Part shown: positions 30,726 to 40,691 of the stretch, piece after piece
Position numbering within the stretch: the first letter of the stretch is position 1
How the letters are laid out: every line of letters starts with the position of its first letter
Assembly (NCBI GenBank): GCA_033763315.1
Contig: JANRKS010000019.1
Coordinates: 128,001 to 192,000 of the forward strand
From: Deltaproteobacteria bacterium
Lineage (GTDB): Bacteria > Myxococcota_A > Polyangia > Fen-1088
Direction of reading: 5' to 3'
Length of the DNA: 64,000 bases
Program-made: the position numbers and the translations under genes
The notes under the pieces: model-generated
Databases searched by the model: none
Seen by the model: the letters and a program-made list of their open reading frames with translations, nothing else
What the model was told of the DNA's origin: nothing

Positions 30726-33700
30726 TCACCCGCGCTTTCGGCGGCTGAACATCGTTAATCCAACGGCAAGCAGGGCCAAGACCGCCCATCCACCCGTGCC
30801 ATTCGCGGCACGCTGGCCGGCCGGTCCGTAGGTGCAATCGCACCCGCCGCCCGCGATCGTTCCAATGCGCGTGCCTGGACCCACCACAGCTACGTCGTCG
30901 GCTGGATTGTTCGGGTTGCGTTCACCCAGATCGATTGCGCCATTGCGATTTGTGTCTTCGAGCCCGTCGGGCACGCTGCCACCATCGGTGTCAGCCACCT
31001 GCGGGTTCGTTGTGGTGGCGCCCATGTCTGCGTCGGCCACGCAGGTGTTCTTCGCCTTGTCGGTGGCGGCGTTGCTGCAATCCTTGCCCAGCTCCGTGCC
31101 ATCAAACAGGCCGTCGTTGTCGCTATCGGGATCGAGCACGTTCTTTTTGCCGTCACCATCGGGATCCGTTCCAGGGCTCACTTCGGCGCCATCCAAGACG
31201 CCGTCGTCATCCGAATCTGCGTCGTTCGGATCGCTGCCCAACATCACCTCGGTTTCATCGGGCAAACCGTCTTTGTCGGTGTCCACGATCTGTGTTGCAT
31301 CGTCCTTCGGATCGTTGGGGTCACCTTCGCCTGCGTCGATCTTGCCGTTCTGGTTCTTGTCCTCGAGGCCATCCGACACGCCCCCGTTGTCAGTGTCGCG
31401 CTTGACGCCACTGGTGGTGGTGGTGGGATCGGCGTCGGCGACGCAAACCGCTTTGGTCTTGTCGGTGGCCGGGTTCTCGCAGTTCTTACCCGCTTCGGTG
31501 CCGTCGAAGATGCCATCGCCGTCGCTATCGGGATCAAGCACGTTGACCTTGCCATCGCCGTCGGTGTCATCACCGGGGTTGGCCTCTTGCCCATCGATCA
31601 CGCCGTCGTCGTCCGTGTCGGCGTCATTTGGATCAGAACCAAGCGTCATTTCTTCTTTGTCGGACAAACCGTCGTTGTCGGTGTCCATCACGTCTTTGTC
31701 GTCCGCCGGATTGTTGGGATCCGTTTCACCCGCGTCGATCTTGCCGTTGAGGTTGCTGTCTTCCGCGCCATCAGGTTTGCCACCCGCGTCCGTGTCGCGT
31801 TTGACAGGGCTTGTTTTGGTGGCGCCCATGTCTGCGTCGGGCACGCAACGCTTGGCCGCAGCCGCGGTCGCGGCGTTGCTGCAATCCTTGCCCGCTTCGG
31901 TGCCGTCGAACAACCCATCGTTGTCACTGTCCGGATCCAAGATGTTGATCAAGCCGTCACCATCGCTATCCGCGGTTGGGTTGATCTCTTGGCCATCCAG
32001 CAAGCCGTCGTCGTCAGAGTCAGCGTCCATCGGGTTTGAACCGATCGACGTTTCTTCATCGTCGCCCAGGCCATCGCCGTCCGTGTCCTTCTTCGTCACG
32101 TCATCGGCAGCGTTGTTGGGATCCGTTTCGCCGGCGTCGACGCGGCCGTTGTGATTTGCGTCTTCCGCGCCGTCGAACTTGGTGCCCTTGTCGGTGTCCT
32201 TGTCGAGCGGGTTCGTCTTCGTGGCAGGATCGGCGTCAGGAATGCAGTTCTTCGCCAAAGCGTTTGTGGCGGGGTTGCTGCAGTCTTTGCCAAGCTCGGT
32301 GCCATCGAAGATGCCGTCGTTGTCGCTGTCGGGATCCAAAACGTTGATCAAACCGTCGCCGTCTGAATCCACGGTTGGGTTCGGCTCTTGGCCGTCGGGC
32401 ACGCCGTCGTCGTCTGTGTCGGCGTCCATCGGGTTTGAGCCGATTGCCGTTTCTTCGTCGTCGCCCAGCCCGTCGCCATCCGTATCCTTTACGGTGTTGT
32501 CGTCCGCTGGGTTGTTGGGATTCGTTTCCATCGCATCGATACGGCCGTTGTGATTTGGATCCTCGGCGCCATCGGGCTTGCCGCCAGCGTCTGTGTCCTT
32601 GTTTAACGGGTTGGTCTTCGAGGCTGGGTCAGCGTCGGGAATGCACGTCAAGGCAGCCTTGTTGGTGGCGGCGTTGGCGCAATCCTTGCCAAGTTCGGTG
32701 CCATCGAAGATGCCGTCGTTGTCGCTGTCAGGATCCAACGCATTGATGAAGCCGTCGCCGTCGCTGTCGACGTTGAAGCTTGGCTCTTGGCCATCCAAAA
32801 CGCCGTCGTCGTCGCTGTCAGCGTCGTTGGGGTTTGTGCCGATCGCCGTTTCTACCGTGTCAGGCAGGCCGTCCATATCGGTATCGGTTGCGGTGGCGTC
32901 GTCAGCAGGATTGTTCGGATCGGTCTCCTGCGGATCGATCTTGCCGTTCTTGTTGAGATCTTCCACGCCATCCGGAATGCCGCCGTTGTCCGTGTCGGCC
33001 TTGATCGGGCTGGTGGTGGTCACACCCATATCCGCGTCAGCCACGCAGAGGTTCTTCGTCTTGTCGGTTGCGGCGTTGCTGCAGTCTTTGCCCGCCTCCG
33101 TGCCATCAAGGATGCCGTCGTTGTCGCTGTCGGGATCAAGCGCGTTGATCTTGCCGTCGTTGTCCGTATCGAGGTTGAAGTTTGGCTCTTGTCCGTCGAT
33201 CAACCCGTCGTCGTCGCTGTCGGCGTCGTTCGGATCGGTGCCAATGTCCATCTCCAGCTTATCGGACAGACCATCTTTATCGGTGTCTGTGGGCGTTACG
33301 GGCGTGGTTGTGGGGCCGCCTGTCACGGGAGAATTTGAGGTAACCGTCAGTACGGTGCTGCCCGCCTGCTGCGAAAGCGTCAGGCCTTCAAAAGTCACGG
33401 TGGCTTGGTTGGACACCACCGTGTCCACCTTGAGATTTGGATCGATCGTCACTTGGAACGCCACGGTCATTGATGTTCCAGGAACCAGCTTGCCACCCAC
33501 CGTCGCTGTGGCCTGCGCACCCAAACGCACCGTGATCTGGTTGAGACCCGCGTTGTATTCACCAGCATCGTCGCCCGCGGCATCCGTGAGCGCACCCACC
33601 GGGGGCCCATCAACCGTGGTGGCCGTGATCTTGAGGCTACCGGGCACGTAGGCTGAGTTCGTCGGGATCAAATCAGTGAGCACCACCTTGGCCGCGCCGT

Positions 33701-34883
33701 CTTGCGCGGTGGCCTCATTGCGCACCACCACCGAATACTCAAGAACATCGCCCGGCCGTGTTTCACCGCCGTTGAGATCGACGAACGCCTTCTCCGCCTT
33801 GATGTTGGGCGAATAGAGCGTGGTTTGAAAGCCCATCAACACAGCAAAGTTCGTTTCGCCCGAACCGCCCGAGAACGTGGCCGATGCGTTTGTTGCACCG
33901 TTGAGCACAAGCGGGCTTACATCAAACGTGTCGATGTCCGTTCCGAGTGTGTTCGCGAAAGCCGGCGTACGCGTGATAACAGGTAACCCACCATTGCTGA
34001 TGGTTGAGTTGCCAAAATCCAGCGCAGGGTTCAACGCGTTGGAAAGCGGCGTGCCGTTGAAGCTCACGCCGTCCTGTTTGCCTGCGTCGCCATCCAACGC
34101 GATGAAAGTGGCTTGTGCATTCAATGGCCCAAGCAGCGGCGTCAGGAAATCCTGCAGTTGCAGTGCAACAGTGTCGCCGTTGCCGTAGGTTTGGTAACCG
34201 TCGTAAAGCGAAATGTGACGCACCGGCAAAGCAGGGTCGCGGTTCACCACCACCAATGACCAACCGCCCAAGTGATCGTCGCTGCCCGCGAACGCCACCA
34301 CGTTGCCCACTTGATAAGAGCCCGCCCCCGCGGCCTTGACCAGCGCGGTGACATTCGCGAAGCCCACGTAGGGATCGCCCTGCTGAAGCCATGAAGAACT
34401 CACAGTCGCGTAGGCGCCGCCGGGCACTTTGAACTTCACCGTGTCGCGAGTTGAAACGTCAACCGTGCGCGTGGAAGCGGCGGCGTCCGTCGAGCCCCAC
34501 CAATACAAGCCTGCCCATTCGATCTCGCCATTGATCGATAACGTTGCGGCACTGGAGTTGTACGTGGTGGCGTCATCGTCGACGTCGATGAAAGCCGTCG
34601 TCACGGTGTCGTTGTCTAGCGTGGGCGCGCCGGCGCCCGTTTCAACGGCCGTGCAGGTCGCCGCGGGATTGCGGGTGGGATCGCAAGTGACCACAGAGTT
34701 ACCCACCACCACCAATTGCCCCGGCAGGTTGCCCGTGAACACTTTTTGGAAGTTGCGGGATTGGGCGTGCGCTGGCGCAAGGGCGCCGAGCGAGGCGGCC
34801 AGAACGCAGGCGGCGACCAAACTCAACCGCCGCAGCACCCGTGAAGAACGACGCCCACTCAAGTTAAGAAGTAACGTGCGCAT
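30726..34883 (-). CDS. Large surface adhesin-like protein: N-terminal beta domain, DUF11-like domain, six acidic Ca-binding repeats, MYXO-CTERM
   Basis: Signal '...APAHAQ'; 'PGDVLEYSVVVRN...VVLTDLIP...YVPGS' DUF11-like; C-terminus 'AGGGCDC...WAVLALLAVGLTMFSRRKRG'; start ATG 34883. Confidence 0.85.
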   Translation of the reverse strand: MRTLLLNLSGRRSSRVLRRLSLVAACVLAASLGALAPAHAQSRNFQKVFTGNLPGQLVVVGNSVVTCDPTRNPAATCTAVETGAGAPTLDNDTVTTAFIDVDDDATTYNSSAATLSINGEIEWAGLYWWGSTDAAASTRTVDVSTRDTVKFKVPGGAYATVSSSWLQQGDPYVGFANVTALVKAAGAGSYQVGNVVAFAGSDDHLGGWSLVVVNRDPALPVRHISLYDGYQTYGNGDTVALQLQDFLTPLLGPLNAQATFIALDGDAGKQDGVSFNGTPLSNALNPALDFGNSTISNGGLPVITRTPAFANTLGTDIDTFDVSPLVLNGATNASATFSGGSGETNFAVLMGFQTTLYSPNIKAEKAFVDLNGGETRPGDVLEYSVVVRNEATAQDGAAKVVLTDLIPTNSAYVPGSLKITATTVDGPPVGALTDAAGDDAGEYNAGLNQITVRLGAQATATVGGKLVPGTSMTVAFQVTIDPNLKVDTVVSNQATVTFEGLTLSQQAGSTVLTVTSNSPVTGGPTTTPVTPTDTDKDGLSDKLEMDIGTDPNDADSDDDGLIDGQEPNFNLDTDNDGKINALDPDSDNDGILDGTEAGKDCSNAATDKTKNLCVADADMGVTTTSPIKADTDNGGIPDGVEDLNKNGKIDPQETDPNNPADDATATDTDMDGLPDTVETAIGTNPNDADSDDDGVLDGQEPSFNVDSDGDGFINALDPDSDNDGIFDGTELGKDCANAATNKAALTCIPDADPASKTNPLNKDTDAGGKPDGAEDPNHNGRIDAMETNPNNPADDNTVKDTDGDGLGDDEETAIGSNPMDADTDDDGVPDGQEPNPTVDSDGDGLINVLDPDSDNDGIFDGTELGKDCSNPATNALAKNCIPDADPATKTNPLDKDTDKGTKFDGAEDANHNGRVDAGETDPNNAADDVTKKDTDGDGLGDDEETSIGSNPMDADSDDDGLLDGQEINPTADSDGDGLINILDPDSDNDGLFDGTEAGKDCSNAATAAAAKRCVPDADMGATKTSPVKRDTDAGGKPDGAEDSNLNGKIDAGETDPNNPADDKDVMDTDNDGLSDKEEMTLGSDPNDADTDDDGVIDGQEANPGDDTDGDGKVNVLDPDSDGDGIFDGTEAGKNCENPATDKTKAVCVADADPTTTTSGVKRDTDNGGVSDGLEDKNQNGKIDAGEGDPNDPKDDATQIVDTDKDGLPDETEVMLGSDPNDADSDDDGVLDGAEVSPGTDPDGDGKKNVLDPDSDNDGLFDGTELGKDCSNAATDKAKNTCVADADMGATTTNPQVADTDGGSVPDGLEDTNRNGAIDLGERNPNNPADDVAVVGPGTRIGTIAGGGCDCTYGPAGQRAANGTGGWAVLALLAVGLTMFSRRKRG
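30890..33290 (-). repeat. Six tandem coding repeats of about 400 bp (about 134 aa), Asp-rich, one Cys pair each
   Basis: Unit 'DTDxDGLxDxxE..G..P.DAD.DDDG..DG.E...LDPDSD.DG..DGTE.GK.C.N...C..DAD...DTD.G...DG.ED.N.NG.ID..E..PN...DD' repeated six times. Confidence 0.9.
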
Positions 34884-34912
34884 GTCTAGACCTACAAAGT
34901 TAGATTGAAAGG

Positions 34913-34936
34913 AAGTTGCGCAACTTGTGCGCAACT
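34913..34936. promoter_or_regulatory. Perfect 14-bp palindrome plus a direct repeat upstream of the adhesin/OmpA operon
   Basis: AAGTTGCGCAACTT (34913-34926); TGCGCAACT at 34917 and 34928. Confidence 0.5.
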
Positions 34937-35002
34937 CACCCACGTTTATAGGTGAAGCGAAGCCGTATGGCTATAGGCTTGAACGCGCGCTGTGGGCAGG
35001 GG

Positions 35003-36097
35003 CTAGCGACCCGAAAGGGGCCCACACTGACCCCGGTGACGCAGATAGTGATCCGCGAGCACCAAAGCCATCATCGCCTCCACAATGGGAACGGCCCGCG
35101 GCAAAACGCAGGGATCGTGGCGCCCCCGAGGCTCCAAGATGGTTTCCTTGCCCGCTTCATCCACCGTCGACTGCGGCTTCAAAATCGTGGCCGTGGGCTT
35201 AAAGGCGGTGCGGATGAAGATATCTTCACCGTTCGATATGCCGCCTTGGATGCCGCCCGAGTGATTTGTGGTGGTGCGAATCTGCTGACCGTCGTTATGG
35301 AACGGATCGTTGTGCTCGCTGCCCTTGAGGCGCGTGCCGGCAAAGCCGCTGCCGCTTTCAAAACCTTTGCACGCCGGCAGTGACAGCATGGCCTTGGCCA
35401 AATCAGCTTCCAGTTTGTCGAACACGGGCTCGCCCAATCCAGCGGGCACGCCGCGCGCCACCGCTTCCACCACCCCGCCCAAAGAATCACCTGCCTTGCG
35501 GGCCGCATCGATCTGCTGAATCATGGTTTCCGCAGCGGCCGCGTCCGGGCAACGCAGGATGTTCGCCTCGATTGCGTCGCGCGTGACCTCTGCGGGGACG
35601 ATGGTGGCCTCTAAATCAGCCACCCGCTGCACCCAAGCCAGAATCTCGACGCCCAGATCCTGCGCCAACAGCTTCTTCGCGATGGCACCTGCGGCCACGC
35701 GACCGATGGTTTCACGCGCGCTGGCGCGGCCGCCGCCCTTCCAAGAGCGAATGCCGTACTTCGCCTGATACGTAAAATCGGCGTGAGAGGGCCTGAACTT
35801 GGTGGCCATCTCTTGGTAGTCGCCGCTGCGGGCGTCGGTATTGCGCACCATCAAAGCGATCGGCGTGCCCGTGCTCAGGCCGTCTTCAACGCCGGAAAGG
35901 ATTTCGACCTGGTCCGACTCCTTGCGCTGGGTAACGATGCGGCTTTGGCCCGGGCGCCGGCGATCCAGCTCCGCTTGAATGTCCTCAACCAGAACCGGCA
36001 GCCGGGGAGGGCACCCATCCACAATCACGCCAACGGCGGGACCGTGCGACTCGCCGAAAGTGCTGATGCGGAACAGGCGGCCAAAGGTGGATGACAC
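35003..36097 (-). CDS. aroC: Chorismate synthase
   Basis: 'TFGESHG', 'RPSHAD', 'GGRASARET', 'GRHDPCV.PRA'. Confidence 0.97.
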   Translation of the reverse strand: MSSTFGRLFRISTFGESHGPAVGVIVDGCPPRLPVLVEDIQAELDRRRPGQSRIVTQRKESDQVEILSGVEDGLSTGTPIALMVRNTDARSGDYQEMATKFRPSHADFTYQAKYGIRSWKGGGRASARETIGRVAAGAIAKKLLAQDLGVEILAWVQRVADLEATIVPAEVTRDAIEANILRCPDAAAAETMIQQIDAARKAGDSLGGVVEAVARGVPAGLGEPVFDKLEADLAKAMLSLPACKGFESGSGFAGTRLKGSEHNDPFHNDGQQIRTTTNHSGGIQGGISNGEDIFIRTAFKPTATILKPQSTVDEAGKETILEPRGRHDPCVLPRAVPIVEAMMALVLADHYLRHRGQCGPLSGR

Positions 36098-36250
36098 GCG
36101 CCCAGACTAGCAGCGCCCCGCCTGCACGCCAACCGCCGGGCGCCACCAAACGCGACGAGCGCGCGCGAGCAACCCCAGCGCCCCAAAACCCTGAACTCGT
36201 AACGCAGATTTCTCTAGCGAGAAGCGAAAATTTTCTTCAAGGTACGCCCC

Positions 36251-38170
36251 ATGGCTAACGCGAACGGCATGCCTCGTAAATGGTCCACGGCGGACTCGGC
36301 AGAGCTGTATGGAATTCACAATTGGGGGCACGGGTTCTTCTCGATCAATGCCCGCGGAAACGTTGTCTCTCACCCAAACGGCGCTGAGGCCGGCAGCATC
36401 GACTTAAAAGAGCTGGTGGACGAGGTCTCCCGTCGTGGCATCGGCTTGCCCCTGCTGGTGCGCTTTTCCGACGTGCTCAAAAGCCGCGTTGTGGAGCTTC
36501 ACGAAACGTTTAAGCGCGCCATCGTGGAATACGAATACAAGGGCGAATACCGCGGCGTTTACCCGATCAAGGTGAACCAACACCGCTACGTGGTGGAAGA
36601 GATCATCGAATTCGGTCGCCCCTATCATTACGGCCTCGAAGCGGGTTCCAAGCCCGAATTGCTGGCGGTCATGGCGATGCTCGACGATGAGGAAGCGCTC
36701 ATCGTCTGCAACGGCTACAAAGACGACGAATACATCGAAACCGCGCTGCGCGCACAGATGTTGGGCCGCAAGGTCATCATTGTGGTCGAGAAGTTCTCCG
36801 AGCTTGACCTCATCACCACGATCGCGGCGCGCATGAACCTGACGCCCACAATCGGGATCCGCGTGAAGTTGGCAACGAAGGGCTCAGGCCGTTGGGAAGC
36901 CTCGGGTGGCGATCGTTCGAAGTTCGGCCTTTCGACGCGCGAAGTGGTCAAGGCCGTGGAATACCTCCGTGGCGTGAACCTGCTCGGCTCGCTTGAGCTG
37001 ATGCATTTTCACTTGGGCAGCCAGATTTCCGCGATTCGCGCGGTGAAGAACGCCCTGCGCGAAGCGGGCCGTTTCTACACGGAAGTTGTGAAGATGGGCG
37101 CCCCGCTCAAATACTTCGATGCCGGCGGCGGCCTGGGCGTGGACTACGACGGTTCACAAACCAACTTCGCTTCCTCGATGAACTACACCACGCAGGAATA
37201 CGCGAACGACATCGTCTTCGCCCTGGCGGAGGCGTGCGATTCGGCGTCGGTGCCTCACCCCACGATCGTCACGGAATCAGGCCGCGCGGTCACAGCGCAC
37301 CATTCGATGCTGGTGTTTAACGTGCTGGGCTTGGGCGAATTTCAGCCAGGGTCGGTGCCGGAAACGCTGCCCAAAAACGCCCACCGCGTGGTTAACAACC
37401 TGTTCGAGACGTTCCGGGACATTTCCCGCAAGAACCTGCGCGAGCTTTACCACGACGCGCTTGAATACAAAGAAGAGGTGTTGACCCTTTTCAACCTGGG
37501 CAACCTGTCGCTTGAAGAGCGCGTGATCGCCGAAGACATCTTCTGGGCCACGTTGCAAAAAGTGCTCAAGCTCGTGCGCGAAATGCGCGACGTGCCCGAA
37601 GAGTTCGACGGCATGGAGAAGGCGCTGTCCGATACGTATTTCTGCAACTTCTCGATGTTCCAGAGCCTGCCGGACATCTGGGCGATCGATCAGCTGTTCC
37701 CGATCATGCCCATCCACCGTCTGGACGAAGAGCCCACCCGCCGCGCGGTGTTGGCCGACATTACTTGCGACTCGGACGGCAAGATCGACCAATTCATCGA
37801 TAAGCGCGACGTCAAGGACGTGCTGGAGCTGCACCACCCCGAAGACAAGGACTACTACCTGGGTGCCTTCCTGGTGGGCGCCTACCAAGAGATCTTGGGC
37901 GACTTGCACAACTTGTTTGGCGATACAAACACGGTGCACGTGTCCCTGGCGCCGGGCGGCGGCTACCACATTGAACACGTGGTGGCGGGCGACACGGTCA
38001 CCGACGTGCTGAACTACGTCAGCTACAACCGTGCCGAACTTGTGGCCCGGGTGCGTCGTTATGCCGAGCTCGCGGTGCGCTCGAACCGCATGTCCCTGGA
38101 AGACACGCGCGCGCTGCTGCGCATGTACGAAGACGGCCTGTCTGGGTACACGTACCTGGAACGCGCTTAG
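36251..38170 (+). CDS. speA: Biosynthetic arginine decarboxylase
   Basis: 'YPIKVNQ', 'GLEAGSKPE', 'HFHLGSQI', 'CDSDG', 'GAYQEILGDLHNLFG'. Confidence 0.96.
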   Translation: MANANGMPRKWSTADSAELYGIHNWGHGFFSINARGNVVSHPNGAEAGSIDLKELVDEVSRRGIGLPLLVRFSDVLKSRVVELHETFKRAIVEYEYKGEYRGVYPIKVNQHRYVVEEIIEFGRPYHYGLEAGSKPELLAVMAMLDDEEALIVCNGYKDDEYIETALRAQMLGRKVIIVVEKFSELDLITTIAARMNLTPTIGIRVKLATKGSGRWEASGGDRSKFGLSTREVVKAVEYLRGVNLLGSLELMHFHLGSQISAIRAVKNALREAGRFYTEVVKMGAPLKYFDAGGGLGVDYDGSQTNFASSMNYTTQEYANDIVFALAEACDSASVPHPTIVTESGRAVTAHHSMLVFNVLGLGEFQPGSVPETLPKNAHRVVNNLFETFRDISRKNLRELYHDALEYKEEVLTLFNLGNLSLEERVIAEDIFWATLQKVLKLVREMRDVPEEFDGMEKALSDTYFCNFSMFQSLPDIWAIDQLFPIMPIHRLDEEPTRRAVLADITCDSDGKIDQFIDKRDVKDVLELHHPEDKDYYLGAFLVGAYQEILGDLHNLFGDTNTVHVSLAPGGGYHIEHVVAGDTVTDVLNYVSYNRAELVARVRRYAELAVRSNRMSLEDTRALLRMYEDGLSGYTYLERA

Positions 38171-38236
38171 CCATTGGGTTGACGAACGGCAATTGCCGCG
38201 GCGGCCGTGACGACCCTCCCTGTCGCGGGAGCCAAT

Positions 38237-38279
38237 AGAAGGTGTGCGAACGCAAATCGCGCACCTTCTTCGCTTTTTT
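38237..38279 (+). terminator. Intrinsic terminator after speA
   Basis: AGAAGGTGTGCG...CGCGCACCTTCT followed by a T-run. Confidence 0.6.
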
Positions 38280-38312
38280 CCTCAGGGTTTGTGTGGTTTA
38301 ACTAACGTCAAC

Positions 38313-38774
38313 GTGACGACATTGAAGCACCTGCCTTCACTTGTAGGGCTTGGGTTGTTGATAGGGGCCTGCGGTTCAGCCGACGACAACCGGCCGGCCG
38401 ACTGGGACTACATCGCCCCGGCCATCATCATTCCCAACTGCGCAACCTCCAGCTGCCACAGCGAAGCCGCCGCGGCCGCCGGCCTCGACATGTCAACGCC
38501 GGCAAAGGCGTATAGGAGCCTGACGGGGTTGAATGTGGATATATTCACGTGCGACCAGGGAGACGATACCGAGGACGGCAAGCAGACCTGTGCGCCCATG
38601 AAGCCGGCAAAGAACCCGTCGCGCGCTTTGATTCTCCCGGGCAACCCCGCGGCGTCGCGTACGGTCAGTATGATGCGCGCTCGGGGCGCCGATCGGATGC
38701 CGCCAGATCGACCGCTCGCCGACGGCGACATTGCGCTGTTTGAAGAGTGGATCGCCTTGGGAGCTAAGCGATGA
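38313..38774 (+). CDS. Lipoprotein with an atypical c-type haem motif (CX4CH)
   Basis: Lipobox LIGAC, 'CATSSCH', 'PGNP..S', 'RMPP...WIALGA'; GTG 38313 taken as start. Confidence 0.7.
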   Translation: MTTLKHLPSLVGLGLLIGACGSADDNRPADWDYIAPAIIIPNCATSSCHSEAAAAAGLDMSTPAKAYRSLTGLNVDIFTCDQGDDTEDGKQTCAPMKPAKNPSRALILPGNPAASRTVSMMRARGADRMPPDRPLADGDIALFEEWIALGAKR

Positions 38775-39934
38775 TTTCCCGCCTCGTGCGTTTGTTCTTG
38801 TCTGCGTGCGCCCTGGTGGCCGTCTTCGCGGTCACAAAGTCTGCGAACGCGTATCCCCAATGGCAGTTCACCTCGGGAACGACTCGATGCAACCAATGCC
38901 ACTTCAACCCAGCCGGCGGCGGTTTGCTACGCGGGTACGGTCGGGATGCGGCCGGCGAAGATCTGGCGACCTTCGATGGCAACGGCGGGTTTCTTCACGG
39001 CGCTGTGGAATTGCCTGATTGGTTGGCGATCGGCGGCGATTTCCGGCTTGCCTTGGCATCTCAAAACGTCGGCGGGCCGAATGGAACGGAGACTGCGTTG
39101 TTTCCGATGCAGGCTGATGTCTATACCCGCATCGCCATGGGCGAGTCGTTCTCGTTGAACGTCACAGGCGGTATCCGTGGGCAAGCACGTGTCCCCGACG
39201 AACCACTACCTGCGGGAAGCTACGAGGCGGTCAACGGACATCGGGCGATCTCACGCGAGCACTTCGTCATGTGGCAGCCCGCGGCCCAAGGCTGGTACGC
39301 GCGCGCAGGGCGGTTCTTCGCTCCGTTTGGCCTACGATTCGCAGAGCACATCCTCTACATCCGACGCGACTTAGGTTTCAATCTCTTGCAAGAAACCTAC
39401 AACGTCTCAGGCGGCTACATAAGCAACGATTGGGAGCTTCACATCACGGCCTTTGGTCCCGACCTCGTTCAGAAATTGGGGGCGCGCGAGAGTGGCGCGG
39501 CCGCCTACTACGAGCGGCGCCTGTTCGAAGAAAAAGCTTCTGTTGCCGTGCAGGCTAAATTTTCGACCGTGGATGGCACTTCGCGAATCATCGGCGGCTT
39601 GGTTGCGCGCTACTTCATCGAACCGGCTCGCCTGATGTTCCTGGGCGAGGCGAACATCGTGAACAATCGGTTCGATGGCCCCGCGGCGCAAAACCAACTG
39701 GTTGGCGCGGCAGGATTCACTTTTTTGCCTTGGAACAGCCTAATGTTCACAGCGTTGGGTGAACGTCTGCAGACGGCCATTCAAGTGAAGGATTCGGCAA
39801 CGAATGCAGCAACCGGTCTCTTGAATTGGTTCCCGTACCCGCACGTTGAGATGCAGCTGGTCGGTCGCATGCAAATGCCCACCGGACAAGGCAACGCCAC
39901 AACAATTTTGCTGCAGGTACACTACTACCTATGA
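38771..39934 (+). CDS. Fused monohaem cytochrome c and outer-membrane beta-barrel (Cyc2-like architecture)
   Basis: Signal 'ANA', then 'YPQWQ...CNQCHFNP.GGGLL..YGR', alternating beta strands, ends 'LLQVHYYL'. Confidence 0.7.
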   Translation: MISRLVRLFLSACALVAVFAVTKSANAYPQWQFTSGTTRCNQCHFNPAGGGLLRGYGRDAAGEDLATFDGNGGFLHGAVELPDWLAIGGDFRLALASQNVGGPNGTETALFPMQADVYTRIAMGESFSLNVTGGIRGQARVPDEPLPAGSYEAVNGHRAISREHFVMWQPAAQGWYARAGRFFAPFGLRFAEHILYIRRDLGFNLLQETYNVSGGYISNDWELHITAFGPDLVQKLGARESGAAAYYERRLFEEKASVAVQAKFSTVDGTSRIIGGLVARYFIEPARLMFLGEANIVNNRFDGPAAQNQLVGAAGFTFLPWNSLMFTALGERLQTAIQVKDSATNAATGLLNWFPYPHVEMQLVGRMQMPTGQGNATTILLQVHYYL

Positions 39935-40659
39935 CCAACCAAACCACAAAGCTATTCGTGGCTGGCGCGCTCCTCACTCTTACGGCGAGTTGTGAAGGGC
40001 CACCTCCGGTCAAGTCGCAGCCGACATGGGAAGCTGACGTTTACCCAATTCTGCAGGGTCAATGTCTCAATTGTCACGGCAGCGAAGCGGACAGGTATGG
40101 GGCGGGTACCCGGTTCGACTTTTTCAATCTCGACAATTGCTCCGAGGTTGAGTTCAAGCAGAAGCCGACCATCCAGGCGTTTCCTTCATATGCACTGGCA
40201 ATTCTGACGGATGTGACGCCTCAACAAGAGGTCAAGGACGACAAACCCGTGGGGCCCGCCGAGCGCCCCAAGATGCCACCCCTCCCAGCCTCTCTGATTG
40301 AGGATTGGCAGGTGGAGACTCTCAAAAATTGGGCTAAATACGAAACTAAAGACAAAGAGAAGGCCCGCGGCAGCCGGGGCAATCGCAACCGCGACCCCAA
40401 AATCATCATCACATCGCAATATCCCGACAAGGTCGGTGATGAGCTGAAGGTGTCTTATCGCTTTGAAGACACCGACGGAGATCCTGTGATTGGCGTTCTT
40501 AAGTTCGGCGACGCCAAGGTTGACCTTTTGAAGTTGAGCGGCCAAGTGACCCTCAGCGGATTCACGGCCCAATCGGGTGACACCCTTACGCTGACAGCGG
40601 ACATCTGCGACGGCTGGGGCCGAGTCACTACGGATCTCAAGGACATCGAGAAAGAGTAG
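39931..40659 (+). CDS. Monohaem cytochrome c lipoprotein
   Basis: Lipobox LTASC, 'PTWEADVYPILQGQCLNCH', 'KMPP'. Confidence 0.75.
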   Translation: MTNQTTKLFVAGALLTLTASCEGPPPVKSQPTWEADVYPILQGQCLNCHGSEADRYGAGTRFDFFNLDNCSEVEFKQKPTIQAFPSYALAILTDVTPQQEVKDDKPVGPAERPKMPPLPASLIEDWQVETLKNWAKYETKDKEKARGSRGNRNRDPKIIITSQYPDKVGDELKVSYRFEDTDGDPVIGVLKFGDAKVDLLKLSGQVTLSGFTAQSGDTLTLTADICDGWGRVTTDLKDIEKE

Positions 40660-40691
40660 CCACGCCGTATTCTTCGCGCAGGCTCTTCACC

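Noticed and set aside
30832-33651. Ser-rich plus-strand ORFs of 440 and 357 aa
   Set aside because: Reverse-complement read-out of the Asp-rich repeats (GAC becomes GTC/TCG)
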